A stretch of DNA of 64,000 bases from Camelus dromedarius (lineage: Eukaryota): the NCBI RefSeq assembly GCF_036321535.1, contig NC_087447.1, positions 33,296,001 through 33,360,000 of the forward strand. Reading direction: 5' to 3'. A program made the translations under genes and the position numbers. A model generated the notes under the pieces. The model was not told where the DNA came from and did not search any database. It saw only the letters and a program-made list of their open reading frames with translations. Shown here one piece after another: positions 63,601-64,000 of the stretch. Each line of letters opens with the position of its first letter. Position 1 is the stretch's first letter.

Positions 63601-64000
63601 CCTCTGGTCTCAGGACAGCTCTGTGGTGCAATAATTCAGCTACGTGATGAGTTAACTCAGCTTCAATGTGCTAACCTAGAAATCTAGTCAACGCTTAGGC
63701 CATTTTTATTCTGGAGAAATAACTAAAAATTTCAAGTATCTTACAGATGATCTTTTAAAACATAATTGAAGAAAAAAAAACAAACAAAGCAAGTGCTACT
63801 GCACCCCCAGCCCCGACCACTGCCCCAGGTGGTTTGACCGGCGCTCCTTCCTGAGCAATGAGCTTAAACATGAAGCCCTTAGTTCAACTGAAGTGCAATA
63901 ACCAAGGTTGGGATTTGGGTTATATTTTTTGCTGTTTTAATTCCAAAATGGGAACTGGGCAGTGGGGGGAGGATTGTTAAGAAGAGACAAGAGTTTTACC

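Noticed and set aside
1..64000. CRISPR array, tRNA, rRNA or CpG-island promoter
   Set aside because: I saw no regularly spaced repeats, no cloverleaf or rRNA-like sequence, and no extended CpG island.

Overview
This window is mammalian (eutherian) genomic DNA, not microbial. It is a repeat-rich, most likely intronic region. The L1 3' UTRs are cetartiodactyl-type, and I recognised no ruminant, pig or cetacean SINEs, so a camelid source is my inference. I found no intact protein-coding gene, RNA gene or CRISPR array. The only long coding homology is a 5'-truncated, disabled LINE-1 ORF2 (47937-51220) in a young 3.6 kb L1 with a perfect 14-bp target-site duplication (TSD). The rest is L1 3' ends of various ages, L2, MIR, ERVL/MaLR LTRs and hAT/Tigger DNA transposons, with a few repeat-free, enhancer-like blocks. 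L1 orientation bias and several strong splice signals suggest an unidentified host gene on the minus strand. Best leads: (1) a 20-nt minus-strand microexon candidate (12761-12780) with a consensus branch point and donor, an ATG in Kozak context and a downstream RBFOX motif; (2) a MER41-like ERV transcript apparently copied by L1 (polypurine tract, U3-R, poly(A), TSD, no U5) that keeps a STAT GAS motif; (3) three hAT elements stacked at one TCTAGA site. I see no evidence of a fundamentally new biological system. Repeat family names come from remembered consensus sequences, and boundaries without a stated TSD are approximate.
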